Below are positions 17,026 to 27,112 of a stretch of DNA of 60,988 nt, piece by piece. A program made the translations under genes and the position numbers. Source of the stretch: a virus (lineage: Duplodnaviria; Caudoviricetes); IMG/VR virus record IMGVR_UViG_3300031753_000298, positions 1 to 60,988 of that record; one strand, given 5' to 3'. Positions within the stretch are counted from its first letter, which is position 1. Each line of letters starts with the position of its first letter. Under the pieces are notes generated by a model. That model saw nothing but the letters and a program-made list of their open reading frames with translations. It did not search any database and was not told the DNA's origin.

Positions 17026-18333
17026 ATGGCGCAGGACACAACTGTTTCGGGTTTTGATGCGGCGTTGAAAGACGTTTACGCAGGCCCGATCCGAAATCAG
17101 CTCAACGAAAAGACGCGGTTGCTTGATCTGTTCACCAAGGGTGACATCGAGCAGTATGAATGGGAAGGCCGTCAGGTCGTCCTGTCTCTCCGCAAAGCGC
17201 GTAACTACGGCGTGAAGGCCACTGCTGAAGGTGGAGCGTTGCCCGTCGCCGGTAAGCAAGCGTACGCAAACCTGAAAATTCCAATGAGGTTCATCCAGGG
17301 CCGCATCGAATTGACCGCACAGGTCATGAAGGCGTCCCGGAGCGACAAAGGCAGCTTTGCTCGCGCGATGGACTCAGAACAAAAGGGCTTGGTTGATGAC
17401 CTGGCCCGGCAGCGCAACCGGATGCTGAATTATTTCGGCCAAGGTACGCTGGCTACCACTACTACGACTGGCGCGGTTGCGGCCGGTGCGAACATTGCGC
17501 TCGCGAACCCTGGTGGAGTAAGCGGGACCACGAACGCGACCCGGTTCATCAAGGTCGGGATGCAGGTCACGATCACTGATGTGACCGGTGTCACGGTGAA
17601 GGTGAACGGCAACGTCACGTCCGTGGCGGAACCGAACATCCAGCTCGACGCCGCTACCGTCAACAACCTCGCGTCTGGCGACCTCGTGTCGCTCGGCTCG
17701 AACTCATTGGCGACTGGTGCGTCCTCGGATTCTTCGTTCGGTTTGGAACCGATGGGAATTCTGGGCATCGTGGATTCGACCACGTACGTGTCCAGCATCT
17801 TCTCGTTGGATCGTTCGCAGGCTGTCAACGCGTTCTTCCGTTCGAATGTGTTGTCGAGCGTCGGGACCATCAGCCCCGACATTCTGCAGCGCGGAACGGA
17901 TAACGCCGAGGAAGTCAGCGGCGAAGTGATCGATCAGTATCTGTGTCACGTTTCGGTTCGGCGTGAGTTGATCAAGCTGACTGAAGCGGATCGTCGATAC
18001 ATGGGCAGCTCTCAGCCCAAGAACTTCGACGGCGGCACAGAGGCCGGCGCGTTCAAGTCCGAGTACTCCTTCAACGGAACTCCGGTGAAGGTGGACAAGG
18101 ATTTCGCGTACGGAACCCTGATCGGCGCGAACAAGAGTCACCTGTTCTGGATCCCAGAGGTCGAGGGAGAATGGGCGGATGACGACGGCACGGTGCTGTT
18201 CCGTGTTCAAAACAAAGATAACTATGAAGCAAGATACCGCGTTTACGAGAATTTTTTCTCAGACAAGGGCGACAGTCACGTAAGGTTCGACGGAATTACC
18301 GCGACAGTCGTTAGCGGCGTCTTTGCCGATTAG
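17026..18333 (+). CDS. Major capsid protein
   Basis: FDAALKDVY..PIRNQLNE, EGGALP, DLARQRNRML...GQG, PMGILGIVD, FNGTPVKVDKD; 435 aa; strong GAGGAG Shine-Dalgarno. Confidence 0.88.
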   Translation: MAQDTTVSGFDAALKDVYAGPIRNQLNEKTRLLDLFTKGDIEQYEWEGRQVVLSLRKARNYGVKATAEGGALPVAGKQAYANLKIPMRFIQGRIELTAQVMKASRSDKGSFARAMDSEQKGLVDDLARQRNRMLNYFGQGTLATTTTTGAVAAGANIALANPGGVSGTTNATRFIKVGMQVTITDVTGVTVKVNGNVTSVAEPNIQLDAATVNNLASGDLVSLGSNSLATGASSDSSFGLEPMGILGIVDSTTYVSSIFSLDRSQAVNAFFRSNVLSSVGTISPDILQRGTDNAEEVSGEVIDQYLCHVSVRRELIKLTEADRRYMGSSQPKNFDGGTEAGAFKSEYSFNGTPVKVDKDFAYGTLIGANKSHLFWIPEVEGEWADDDGTVLFRVQNKDNYEARYRVYENFFSDKGDSHVRFDGITATVVSGVFAD

Positions 18334-18356
18334 TTTCAATAACTTAGCAGCATTTG

Positions 18357-18381
18357 GGCCATCCTAACCGATGGCCTTTTT
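18357..18381 (+). terminator. Rho-independent terminator after the MCP
   Basis: GGCCATC-CTAACC-GATGGCC followed by TTTTT. Confidence 0.75.
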
Positions 18382-18411
18382 GCTTTGTACGAGAACTTTA
18401 TTATAATTCAC

Positions 18412-18440
18412 TTGATTTTCCATGAGAATTAAACTATAAT
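18412..18440 (+). promoter_or_regulatory. Sigma70-type promoter of the HNH gene
   Basis: TTGATT, 17 bp spacer, TATAAT; ATG at 18450. Confidence 0.65.
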
Positions 18441-18449
18441 GATTTCATC

Positions 18450-19049
18450 ATGGAAACCAAACGCTGCTGGAAATGTACTCACACAAAGCCTCTGACCGAA
18501 TTTCACAAAAACCGCACGACATCTGATGGATATGAACAAGTCTGCAAACCGTGCAAAGCGAATGAATCAGCCCTTCGTCGGCAAAGACGGGCATCTGCTG
18601 GGCTTTGTCATTGCGGGCGTGAACGCAAAATAGGGTACAACACTTGCTCTATTTGTGTGGAGAAAAGTCTTCTTTGGGGCCGAAGTAATCCAAACAAAAA
18701 AGAAGATGGGATAGCTTGGCGGAAATCTGTTCGTGCCCGTATTTTCGCTCATTATGGTAAACAGTGCGCCTGCTGCGGTTTTTCATGTCAGGATTTTCTA
18801 ACAATCAATCACATCAATGGAGGAGGCAATCAGCATCGCAAAGAAGTCGGTGGAGGAACTATTTTCTATTCCTGGCTTATTCGACACAACTTCCCTTCCG
18901 GATTCAACACGCTCTGCTACAACTGCAACTGTGCCGCAGGACACAACGGAGGAATCTGCCCACACAAAACGAGCTGCGCGGATTCTGCTAAACTACCCGC
19001 AGGAAACGCCTATGCTATCCTTCCTGAAATCGTTGCTGAGCGAGCCTGA
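18450..19049 (+). CDS. Free-standing HNH-like endonuclease
   Basis: KRCWKC..KPL.EF...CKPC N-terminus; YGKQCACCG...LTINHINGGG..HR...LCYNCN. Confidence 0.78.
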   Translation: METKRCWKCTHTKPLTEFHKNRTTSDGYEQVCKPCKANESALRRQRRASAGLCHCGRERKIGYNTCSICVEKSLLWGRSNPNKKEDGIAWRKSVRARIFAHYGKQCACCGFSCQDFLTINHINGGGNQHRKEVGGGTIFYSWLIRHNFPSGFNTLCYNCNCAAGHNGGICPHKTSCADSAKLPAGNAYAILPEIVAERA

Positions 19050-19236
19050 CGGTTCCTCCATCTCCTACGCTCGCGTCTCCGGATCGATCGCTCTCCTCGC
19101 CACAATCGGATGGGTTACCTACCTGGTCCTCAAGACTCATGCTCTCCCGCCCCTCGGCGAAGCCTCCGCGTTCGTCTCGGCCAGCTACGCCGTGAACAAG
19201 GTCGCGACGGCCGCCCAGTCTTATCTCCAAAAGTGA
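19012..19236 (+). CDS. Holin-like small membrane protein
   Basis: MLSFLKSLLSEPDGSSISYARV followed by two hydrophobic segments and YAVNK. Confidence 0.5.
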   Translation: MLSFLKSLLSEPDGSSISYARVSGSIALLATIGWVTYLVLKTHALPPLGEASAFVSASYAVNKVATAAQSYLQK

Positions 19237-19360
19237 TACACTTAATTCGACGGCATTCTCGCTGTTCAACGGCCTCTTGCTGATCCGTCTCGGCAATCGC
19301 CCCTAACCCGCGCAACCGATCCTGTCCTCCGGAATCGGCCCTGTGTATAGGAGAAGCGTT

Positions 19361-19945
19361 ATGGCTTTAGCTCTCGAAACCCAGCAAGTCTCCCTCAAAA
19401 TTGTGGACGAAGCCGCAGTCGTTGGCACCGCGGACGGCGACGAAGTGTCCGGCAAGCAAATCTACCGCTCAATGGGCAACAACAAAGTGTGGCGCAACGA
19501 CGCCCGCGGCAAGTACGTTTCCCTGATGTTCGACGGCCAAGAAATTAAGTTCCGCCCCGGAGAAATCAAAACGTTCAGCATCTCGGTCGCGAACGCCCTG
19601 ATTCGCGCCTCTGCGATCATCGTGGGTGACAAACTCACCGGTGAGATCGCGCCGTTCCTTCAGCGCGTCGGCTACTCCGACCTCGCCACGAACGAATCGA
19701 AACCGTTCGCGAGTCCGACTACGTGCCCGGTCTGCGGTAACGATCAGCACACGCTCGCACGCCTCACACGCCACATCCTGAAGCACAAGAAGACTCACCC
19801 CGAACTCTTCGAAGACGCCCAGGACGCCCAAGAAGAGTTGCAACGCAACCTCTCCACCGAAGAGATCGTCGAGTCCGAGTTAGCGGAAGCCGATGGTGCT
19901 GACTCTGTGCAGAACGTAGTGGAACCAGAAACTGATGAACAATGA
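19361..19945 (+). CDS. Hypothetical protein with a C2H2 zinc finger
   Basis: CPVC-x12-HILKH; AGGAG Shine-Dalgarno. Confidence 0.65.
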   Translation: MALALETQQVSLKIVDEAAVVGTADGDEVSGKQIYRSMGNNKVWRNDARGKYVSLMFDGQEIKFRPGEIKTFSISVANALIRASAIIVGDKLTGEIAPFLQRVGYSDLATNESKPFASPTTCPVCGNDQHTLARLTRHILKHKKTHPELFEDAQDAQEELQRNLSTEEIVESELAEADGADSVQNVVEPETDEQ

Positions 19946-20535
19946 GTGATCGGACTCCACCGGCCGGCTTCGTGCGATCCTTGCAACTCATGGATTCGCT
20001 CCTCTCCGTCCGCTGGGGTCCAAAAGTAGGCAAGTGGGTGATTGAGCGCAAGGCTTTCGTCCCCGTGAGCGAGATTGAGTTTCTCCGCAAACGCAAGGCT
20101 CGCGCGAAAGCCTTCTTCAATCATCCGCCAGCAAACGCGACTTCTGCACAGAAGCAACAGCAGGGCGCGTTGTGGGAAGAACTGAGTGAGGAGTTGGCGA
20201 GCGCCCGGATGGGCAAACGTCCTATCATGTTCACCAAAGTTCTCTCGCCCGAAATCTACAACGCTCTCGCGGCCGCGGACATCCGGCGCTACGGAGGCTA
20301 CGCCCGCTACGCCGACGCCCTCGAAGCCGGCGAGGAGCGAGCAGAAGCCGAGGCCGAACGTATCCTCTCGAACAAGCGTAACGCGTACAACAAAGAAGTG
20401 TATGACATGCTCAACTTCATCTGGAAGAAACGAGAGGACTCTTTGATCAACGGCGAACGGGACATGCGCAAACTTCTTCACGACAAGAAGACGCAGCCAG
20501 ATGATGAGCCACTTCTAAGTTTGACCGATATGTAA
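19942..20535 (+). CDS. Hypothetical head-module protein
   Basis: ATGA coupling; PPAGFVRSLQLMDSLLSVRW. Confidence 0.65.
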   Translation: MSDRTPPAGFVRSLQLMDSLLSVRWGPKVGKWVIERKAFVPVSEIEFLRKRKARAKAFFNHPPANATSAQKQQQGALWEELSEELASARMGKRPIMFTKVLSPEIYNALAAADIRRYGGYARYADALEAGEERAEAEAERILSNKRNAYNKEVYDMLNFIWKKREDSLINGERDMRKLLHDKKTQPDDEPLLSLTDM

Positions 20536-20626
20536 CAGCTATCGGTCGTTCTGCCCAGGCTGAAAGACTTTTCGTTGCTAACCTATCCGATCAGTCTCCT
20601 GTGCAGAACTAAGGTACAATATTCGC

Positions 20627-21355
20627 ATGGCGATCACGGGCCAATTTCTCATCGATCTCACGAACGATAATCTCGCCGGATACGCCAACAGCGTTTCGGA
20701 TCGCCAGCTCTTATCTCATCTGAATGAAGCAAAAGATGAGGTGTGGACACTCCTGAAGAGTTTGCAGGACGAGGATTTCCTCCAGACTAGCCAGAACACA
20801 GACTCCACACAGCTCAATTATTTCCCAAAAGACATCAACGGCAACCCTCTCGCGAACGGCGCGCTCTCCACGACACTCCGAGACTACACGTTGCCGGCGG
20901 ACTTCCGCGAGATCAAGTTCATCGAAGTGACGCTCAAGGGATACGAACAAACGGTGTTCGTGTTCAAAGAAGTGAATAGTGAGGACTGGAAGACCGCGCG
21001 CCGCTCGGCAAACGTGGATCCAACGCTCACGCCGACGATCGAGTACTTCTACACGATTCGGAACAAGAAGATTTTCTCTCTTGCACAGTTCCCCGAGGTT
21101 CCGTTTACGCTGACTCTCTGGTACACCCAGTCCCTTCCTGACTTTGAAGCCGGTGACGTGATCAGTTCTATTCTTGATCCGTACAATAAGAAAATGGCGA
21201 CCTACGCCGCGAAAAAGAGCATGATCGGAACGCAAGATCCTTCCCAATTCGCCCTCTGGACTTCCCAATGGAAAGAAGACATCATCAGCATCACGACCGG
21301 TTCAGCTCCAACCAATCAGAGCGATGCAAAATATGTAGAAGATTTCCTGGGCTGA
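20627..21355 (+). CDS. Head-to-tail adaptor (tail tubular protein A-like)
   Basis: LLSHLNEA..EVW, YTLPADFREIK motifs; position between capsid and nozzle. Confidence 0.7.
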   Translation: MAITGQFLIDLTNDNLAGYANSVSDRQLLSHLNEAKDEVWTLLKSLQDEDFLQTSQNTDSTQLNYFPKDINGNPLANGALSTTLRDYTLPADFREIKFIEVTLKGYEQTVFVFKEVNSEDWKTARRSANVDPTLTPTIEYFYTIRNKKIFSLAQFPEVPFTLTLWYTQSLPDFEAGDVISSILDPYNKKMATYAAKKSMIGTQDPSQFALWTSQWKEDIISITTGSAPTNQSDAKYVEDFLG

Positions 21356-21365
21356 TTCTCTTCAA

Positions 21366-21385
21366 ACGTGTCAATCTGACATATC
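21366..21385 (+). promoter_or_regulatory. Quasi-palindromic operator, copy 3
   Basis: ACGTGTCAATCTGACATATC directly followed by TGCTAGAAT (extended -10). Confidence 0.75.
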
Positions 21386-21454
21386 TGCTAGAATAATTCC
21401 TGAAGCAGCCTCTTTGAGCGCTCGTACGGTGGGCCGAAGAGTGAATGAGCGACT

Positions 21455-24295
21455 ATGCCGCGTAAGCCTACAGGAAGCAACCGGGTCGAAGACTCTCGTT
21501 GGGATTTGGTTCTCGGCGAAGATACCTACGCCGGACAAAACGCTCAGAATCCAGCTACTGCTCGCCAAGTTCAATCTTTCATTCCACAGGATGATGGCCA
21601 GCTCCATCGCGAACTAGTCGAGCCGACCTTCGCCTCAAACACGCTCACCGGCCCTGTCTGCGGTCTCTACTCCTTCAACCAAAACAACGGCATCGGCGGA
21701 GTCGTCCGCACTCAGTTCGCGGCGGCCCGCACGAACTTCACAGTCGGAACGAAGACTTGTAATTTCTATCAACTGGTCGCCGGCGCATGGTCCGCAGTCG
21801 CCGCAGTCGGAACGCTCGCTGACGCCCCGCAATGCGTCACACTCGAAAACAACTTCTTCCTCTCCGATGGCGTCACGAACTGGCTCTACAACGGAACTAT
21901 TTGGGTAAACGTCGGTTTCAAGATTCCGCTTGGTGCCCCAGCCATCAACGTCACTCAAGGAAGCAACCAGGTCGTCTTTATTGGCGGCGCCTCAGCAGTC
22001 ACCGCTACGTTCTACCGAGCGAGCTACTCTGGGCAGCATGGCGAGTGCGGTATTACGCGACAAGGCTTGCCTCCCGTTCTAGCCGGACCCGTAACGAACA
22101 ATAGTGTTCTGTTCAATCCGCCCCAGCTCACCGGCTCACGTGACCCGAACGTTCACCCGATGCAGTGGGCCACGATCGACGCAAACGGAAACATCACCGG
22201 GTACATCACGCCGAATCCTCTCGATACAGACACCGCGAACGGTCACCAAGCGATCGTCACGTTCAGCTTGTACTTTCCTGCTCCTGGACTCTACCAGATC
22301 TCTCTCCTCCACGATGACGGCGCGTTCTTCGGAATGGGTCCAGGTTCCGTAACCGGTGCGGCTCCCGTGAAAGTCTCTGGCCCGTACATCAACATGTTCA
22401 CGAACACGACTCCCACGAAGGCATATCCGAACTTCGGCGGCACGAACCAAGCCGCGAACAATGGGAGCTACAACGACATCTTCACTGTGCAGATCTTGCA
22501 GGCCGACACATACGGGGTCGAGATTGCGTATCGAAACTGGCAGAACAATCAAGATCTCATGTTCCTCGTGAACGGCGCCACGCCGGTCGCCGGCTCCGCC
22601 GCGTCGCAAGGGGTCACCGCTAACGTCGGCCGTTACTACTGGTACACCGACGCCGATCAAACTACGGGCGTAGTCACTGAGAGTTCGTCTTCAGCAATCG
22701 GAACCGTAAGCGGCGCTTCGATCAACGCCACGATCAATGTGTATCAGCAGCCTGGCCTCACATCATCCAACACAGCCAACGCGAACATAACTGGCTCAGC
22801 CTCCACCGACTCCCCCGGTCCAATCGCAACCGCGTTCGCTTCGTGGATGGTCGGAATGAATCTCTGGATCAACGGGACACTCATAGGCAAGATACAATCA
22901 GTTACTGACTCAAGCCATCTTGTCCTAACCGCGAACGCTCTCGCTACAATCACAAACGGGCGCCCAGTCATCGCCGACCCGCGCTCGACTCACTGGCACA
23001 TTTACGCGAGCGAAACGGACGGATCTAAAGTGGGCCAGTATCTCGCTACGGTGCCAGTCACGCAGAACTTGAGCACGACTCCGTATCAAGATACGTCTCC
23101 TTTCATCGACAACGTAGCGAACACGTTCTTGCCGATCTACAGGCCCGTGCGCAACGACATGCCGCCGCCGAGCAAGATCCTCGAAGTCCACAAATCCCGC
23201 ATGTTCCGGCGCCGCGAAGCCAAACCCAACTTCTTTAACTTCACCGCGAACGAAGAAGTCACGTCCGGAAACAACGGAGATCCTGCACAGTGCATGCCGG
23301 GCGCGGACGTAAACACGATCAGTGACATGGTGAATGAGACTTCGTATCCGGATCAATCCGCCCGGATCCGCTCGATCATCGCGCACATGGATGCGCTCTA
23401 CTTATTCTCGGAGAAGCAGACTTACCCTCTATACGGCCAGTCTGTAGATGATTTCTCGATCAGTCAGTACGTCACGTTTCAACGAGGGATCGCGGGCCGG
23501 TTCGCCGGCAAATCTACCTCGTACGGTCTCGCGTTCGTTACGTACGATCGCAAAGCTGTGCTATACCCGTCTTCCTACTACGCAAACTATCTCGCAGAGC
23601 AGATGGACACAACTTCTCAGCTCCTCGAAATCGGCAAGCCGATGCGTAACAAACTGCTCGGGATCGATCCGACCCGACTCGACGAAGTAGTAAGTGAGTT
23701 CTACCTCTACGGGATCCGCGCGTGGTGGATTGTCTCTTACCCACTCGCCGCTGGCGGCTACCAGTGTTACGTCTACGATTTCGGCACACACATTTGGTTT
23801 CAGCTCCAACGAGGGTTCGCGTCTCTCGCTGCAATGGAAGTGTCCGAGGGAATCATCGTGCTCGTCGGAGGCGACGGTGCAGGCAATACATACGTGATTG
23901 ACGATCAATCTGGAACGTACAACCAAACCGGAACCTACCCGCAAGCCACGTTCCGCACGGCTTTGATTGACTTCGGCAATCCGAACATCGCGCACGTGTT
24001 CCGCTATCTCGAACTGGAGTTCAACTCTGCACAGATGGCAAAAGATACGACGATCACTGTTTGGTACGATCCAGTCGATGTGGACAATCCAGGCGTAGGT
24101 AAACTTATCCCTCTTCGTCCCGCAAAGGGGGCGAATCGATATCGTGCATGGAGTGAAGGAGCCGCAACTTGTCAGCGCATGCTTTTACAGATTCAGACGC
24201 GCTCTAGCACGAATGCAGGCGTAATCCGCGGAATTAAATTGGCCGCCGATCCAGTCACAGGCGTGCTCCCGTCTGATCAGGCCGGAGGCGTGTAA
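21455..24295 (+). CDS. Tail nozzle / DNA stabilisation protein with inserted PA14-like domain
   Basis: 946 aa beta-rich protein after the adaptor; C-terminal YVYDF...W and DFGNP...VFRYLEL; internal PGLYQISLLHDDGA is PA14-like. Confidence 0.65.
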   Translation: MPRKPTGSNRVEDSRWDLVLGEDTYAGQNAQNPATARQVQSFIPQDDGQLHRELVEPTFASNTLTGPVCGLYSFNQNNGIGGVVRTQFAAARTNFTVGTKTCNFYQLVAGAWSAVAAVGTLADAPQCVTLENNFFLSDGVTNWLYNGTIWVNVGFKIPLGAPAINVTQGSNQVVFIGGASAVTATFYRASYSGQHGECGITRQGLPPVLAGPVTNNSVLFNPPQLTGSRDPNVHPMQWATIDANGNITGYITPNPLDTDTANGHQAIVTFSLYFPAPGLYQISLLHDDGAFFGMGPGSVTGAAPVKVSGPYINMFTNTTPTKAYPNFGGTNQAANNGSYNDIFTVQILQADTYGVEIAYRNWQNNQDLMFLVNGATPVAGSAASQGVTANVGRYYWYTDADQTTGVVTESSSSAIGTVSGASINATINVYQQPGLTSSNTANANITGSASTDSPGPIATAFASWMVGMNLWINGTLIGKIQSVTDSSHLVLTANALATITNGRPVIADPRSTHWHIYASETDGSKVGQYLATVPVTQNLSTTPYQDTSPFIDNVANTFLPIYRPVRNDMPPPSKILEVHKSRMFRRREAKPNFFNFTANEEVTSGNNGDPAQCMPGADVNTISDMVNETSYPDQSARIRSIIAHMDALYLFSEKQTYPLYGQSVDDFSISQYVTFQRGIAGRFAGKSTSYGLAFVTYDRKAVLYPSSYYANYLAEQMDTTSQLLEIGKPMRNKLLGIDPTRLDEVVSEFYLYGIRAWWIVSYPLAAGGYQCYVYDFGTHIWFQLQRGFASLAAMEVSEGIIVLVGGDGAGNTYVIDDQSGTYNQTGTYPQATFRTALIDFGNPNIAHVFRYLELEFNSAQMAKDTTITVWYDPVDVDNPGVGKLIPLRPAKGANRYRAWSEGAATCQRMLLQIQTRSSTNAGVIRGIKLAADPVTGVLPSDQAGGV

Positions 24296-26271
24296 TGGCC
24301 AAACAGTACAGCGCCCGAGTCCCTACCTCCCTGCCCAGTCTCACCGACGTGAAGTCGATGCCAGACGCGATCCAGACTTGGAAGCCGAAGCTCAACCAGG
24401 CGATCAAGTCAGCGCTCCCTCCGCCGACTCCGTACAACTTCAAAGCGACAAGCATGCGCGGCGGGATCATGCTCTCGTGGTCTCCGATACCGGCCGTCAC
24501 GAATCCGAAACTAACCGGCCCGGATGGATACGAACTTCTGCGTTCGCCCAGTGGCACATTCACGGACGACATCCAAATCATCCCGATTCCGGGCGTGCAT
24601 CAGACGAGCTATCTCGACAACATCGGCGGATCGGCGACTACGGTATCCTATCGAATCCGGACTACGGGAGGCTCAGCCGCAGCTCCGCAATCTCAACGCG
24701 GCCCCGAGTCTGGCACCGTGCGTCATCGCTCGATCGACGCGAGTGATACGAAGACTGCACAGACCACGATCTTCGATAACTTCACGACGGACAAGACTCG
24801 CTCGAACGCTCGGTTCGGTAACTACGGCTCGGAGAAGTACAAAACTGGACTCGGCAAAGTTGGAGGAGGAGCGGCCGGTTCCGGCGCCGGGTATGCCGGC
24901 GGCACGGGCGGCGGCGGTTCAGGAGTGCCTCCAGTAATTCCCGGTCCTCCTGGACCTCCTGGTCCTCCTGCGGGAGCCGTTTCGTTTGATCAGATTCAAA
25001 GCGGCGAGAATACTACCGCAGCCATGATTCTGGGAGCCGGGGCTGTGCTGGACGTTGATCCAAACAACCCTGGCGTAATCGACGCCACAAACATTCAAGG
25101 AATCCCAGTCAATCCGGCTGCCCCGACACACAACGGAGAACTTCTCATCTACGATGCGCCATCAGGCACCTACATCCCTGGCGATCCTCTTGTGCAGGGC
25201 GTAGAAGCAGCAGGCACCCAATCCACAACCAATCCTGTGCAGATTGGAGGAGTTGATCAAGCAGGAAGGGTTCAGAAGCTCCGTGTTGACGCGGATGGAG
25301 GCTTGCCGGACGTAAAGGAAACGAACCGATTGCTCCAGCTCGCGGCTCAGGCCGATACTTCTCCTCAGCACGTAATTGTCGAGACGATTTTGACCGAGGC
25401 TCATGTAATTGTAGATTCGTTGCCTCCAGGGGGAAGCTCCACCTCTCTTACAGATGGGACGAACGGAACAGTTGCAGTCAAGCCTGGCTCGACTCCAGCC
25501 GCTGCGTCCGACATTGCGCTAGTTGTTGCGGTCTCGCCAAACAACACGATTCCAGAGAATCAAACTCAGATTGCTGGCGCTGCAATCGCCACGGCCGCTG
25601 CTGGGGTCCAAAAGGTCGGAGTTGTCGGGAGTTCAGGCGGAGTTGTTGATGCGGTCATCGGGGCTGGAACCGCCCCGGCAAACATGGTTGTGACTGGCGG
25701 AGTGAGGAATACCACTCCTCCTGCGCCAACCAACGGACAGTCTACCGCGCTTCAACTGGATAGTTCATCCGGTCTTCGAGTGACGACTGAGGGAGGCAAA
25801 CCGACTTACGCATCTCAGTTTCAGGTTACCAGTCTTGCCAATTACACTGTAGTTTTAATCGGCTCTGGAACTAAAACAGTTAAGGTTACTCGCGTCCGTC
25901 TTTCAGTCAACATCGGAGCGGCGGCACTCGCCAGCGTATTTTTAACTTTATTTACCTCTGTCTCTGGGGGGACTTCCGCCTCGCCAGCAAAAATTGCTTA
26001 TGACAGTAATGATGTAGCGGCGACGGCTGTGTTGAATACTTATACAGTAACTCCTAGCACACAAATAGGAGTAAATATCGAGGCTTGGGAAGGAGTGGCA
26101 ACGCAAACGACCACTCCATCTACAACAGGCTCTCTCGTCCGTGTGGAATGGACATTCGGGGGAAACGGCGCGAAGCTCCCTACCCTCAGAGGAACCGCAC
26201 AAGGTCTAGGTATATTTTCATCGACCGCAGGATTGACTTTAAGTGGCTCTTTTGAATGGACTGAGGAATAA
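24295..26271 (+). CDS. Tail fibre / virion appendage protein
   Basis: FN3-like N-domain (LSWSP...GYEL...SYLD...SYRIRT), Gly-rich linker, (GPP)3, beta-rich C-terminus ending EWTEE. Confidence 0.65.
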   Translation: MAKQYSARVPTSLPSLTDVKSMPDAIQTWKPKLNQAIKSALPPPTPYNFKATSMRGGIMLSWSPIPAVTNPKLTGPDGYELLRSPSGTFTDDIQIIPIPGVHQTSYLDNIGGSATTVSYRIRTTGGSAAAPQSQRGPESGTVRHRSIDASDTKTAQTTIFDNFTTDKTRSNARFGNYGSEKYKTGLGKVGGGAAGSGAGYAGGTGGGGSGVPPVIPGPPGPPGPPAGAVSFDQIQSGENTTAAMILGAGAVLDVDPNNPGVIDATNIQGIPVNPAAPTHNGELLIYDAPSGTYIPGDPLVQGVEAAGTQSTTNPVQIGGVDQAGRVQKLRVDADGGLPDVKETNRLLQLAAQADTSPQHVIVETILTEAHVIVDSLPPGGSSTSLTDGTNGTVAVKPGSTPAAASDIALVVAVSPNNTIPENQTQIAGAAIATAAAGVQKVGVVGSSGGVVDAVIGAGTAPANMVVTGGVRNTTPPAPTNGQSTALQLDSSSGLRVTTEGGKPTYASQFQVTSLANYTVVLIGSGTKTVKVTRVRLSVNIGAAALASVFLTLFTSVSGGTSASPAKIAYDSNDVAATAVLNTYTVTPSTQIGVNIEAWEGVATQTTTPSTTGSLVRVEWTFGGNGAKLPTLRGTAQGLGIFSSTAGLTLSGSFEWTEE

Positions 26272-26298
26272 TGTAGTAAAATTGAAAAGGAGTTCTAT

Positions 26299-27066
26299 AT
26301 GCCTGGAACAGATGTGAACCAACTCGTTAGGGTCGCGCGAACGCTTCCCGCAGCGACGCCGGATGGAACGGCTCCAGTCGGCAACCCTCGCGCCGGAAAA
26401 TACCTTGAGCAGTATGTGATGTCCATGATCGGCACGAAACATGTGTTGGCTGACGAAGGCTCATATTTTACCGCCTCTATGACTCCTGGCCAGACGGCAC
26501 TCGCTTACGGTATTCAGGCTTCTTTCTCGGACATCGCAGGATTCATTGCGATTCAAAACGGCGATGTTGCGAACGGAAAAAGAATCTATCTCGATTACGT
26601 CAAGTTCTCACTTTCTGTGGCCCCCGCCTCTTCAACATCTGCTTTGCTTGCCGTGAAAATTGACACGGCTAATCGGACGCCATCGGCCAACTTTTCGTTG
26701 CAGACACCGAACAACGTGAACATGGATTCAGCGGTCGCCTCGATCGCCAAAGTTTGGTTTCCTACAGGCGGAACGTTAACTCTTCCTACTGTCGGAGGCT
26801 CCGCTCGTGTCGTTACTGGAAACCTAAATCTTCGTGCAGTCCTTCCGACTGTTGCTGACGAATACGTTATCCAGTTTGGCGGAACAGATTTGAGTCAAAT
26901 GGAGAACGCGGCCGTTGCGACCGCTACGATTGTTAAGAAACAAGTCAATGCCCCTCCGGTCATTATAGGTGGCACGGATTTTGGTTTACTTCATCTCTGG
27001 TTCCCGTCGAACGCCACAACCGCCGCATCGTTTAGCAATATCGAAGTTGGTTGGTGGGAACGCTAA
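26299..27066 (+). CDS. Putative virion structural protein
   Basis: Beta-rich, ends EVGWWER like the preceding C-terminal domain; AAGGAG Shine-Dalgarno. Confidence 0.55.
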   Translation: MPGTDVNQLVRVARTLPAATPDGTAPVGNPRAGKYLEQYVMSMIGTKHVLADEGSYFTASMTPGQTALAYGIQASFSDIAGFIAIQNGDVANGKRIYLDYVKFSLSVAPASSTSALLAVKIDTANRTPSANFSLQTPNNVNMDSAVASIAKVWFPTGGTLTLPTVGGSARVVTGNLNLRAVLPTVADEYVIQFGGTDLSQMENAAVATATIVKKQVNAPPVIIGGTDFGLLHLWFPSNATTAASFSNIEVGWWER

Positions 27067-27112
27067 CCCCTTCCGCAATAAGTGATAGAATTAAATGCGG
27101 TAGGAGTGTGTT

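Noticed and set aside
24880-24970. Gly-rich and (GPP)3 collagen-like repeat
   Set aside because: Short, ordinary fibre linker; not a DNA-level repeat system.
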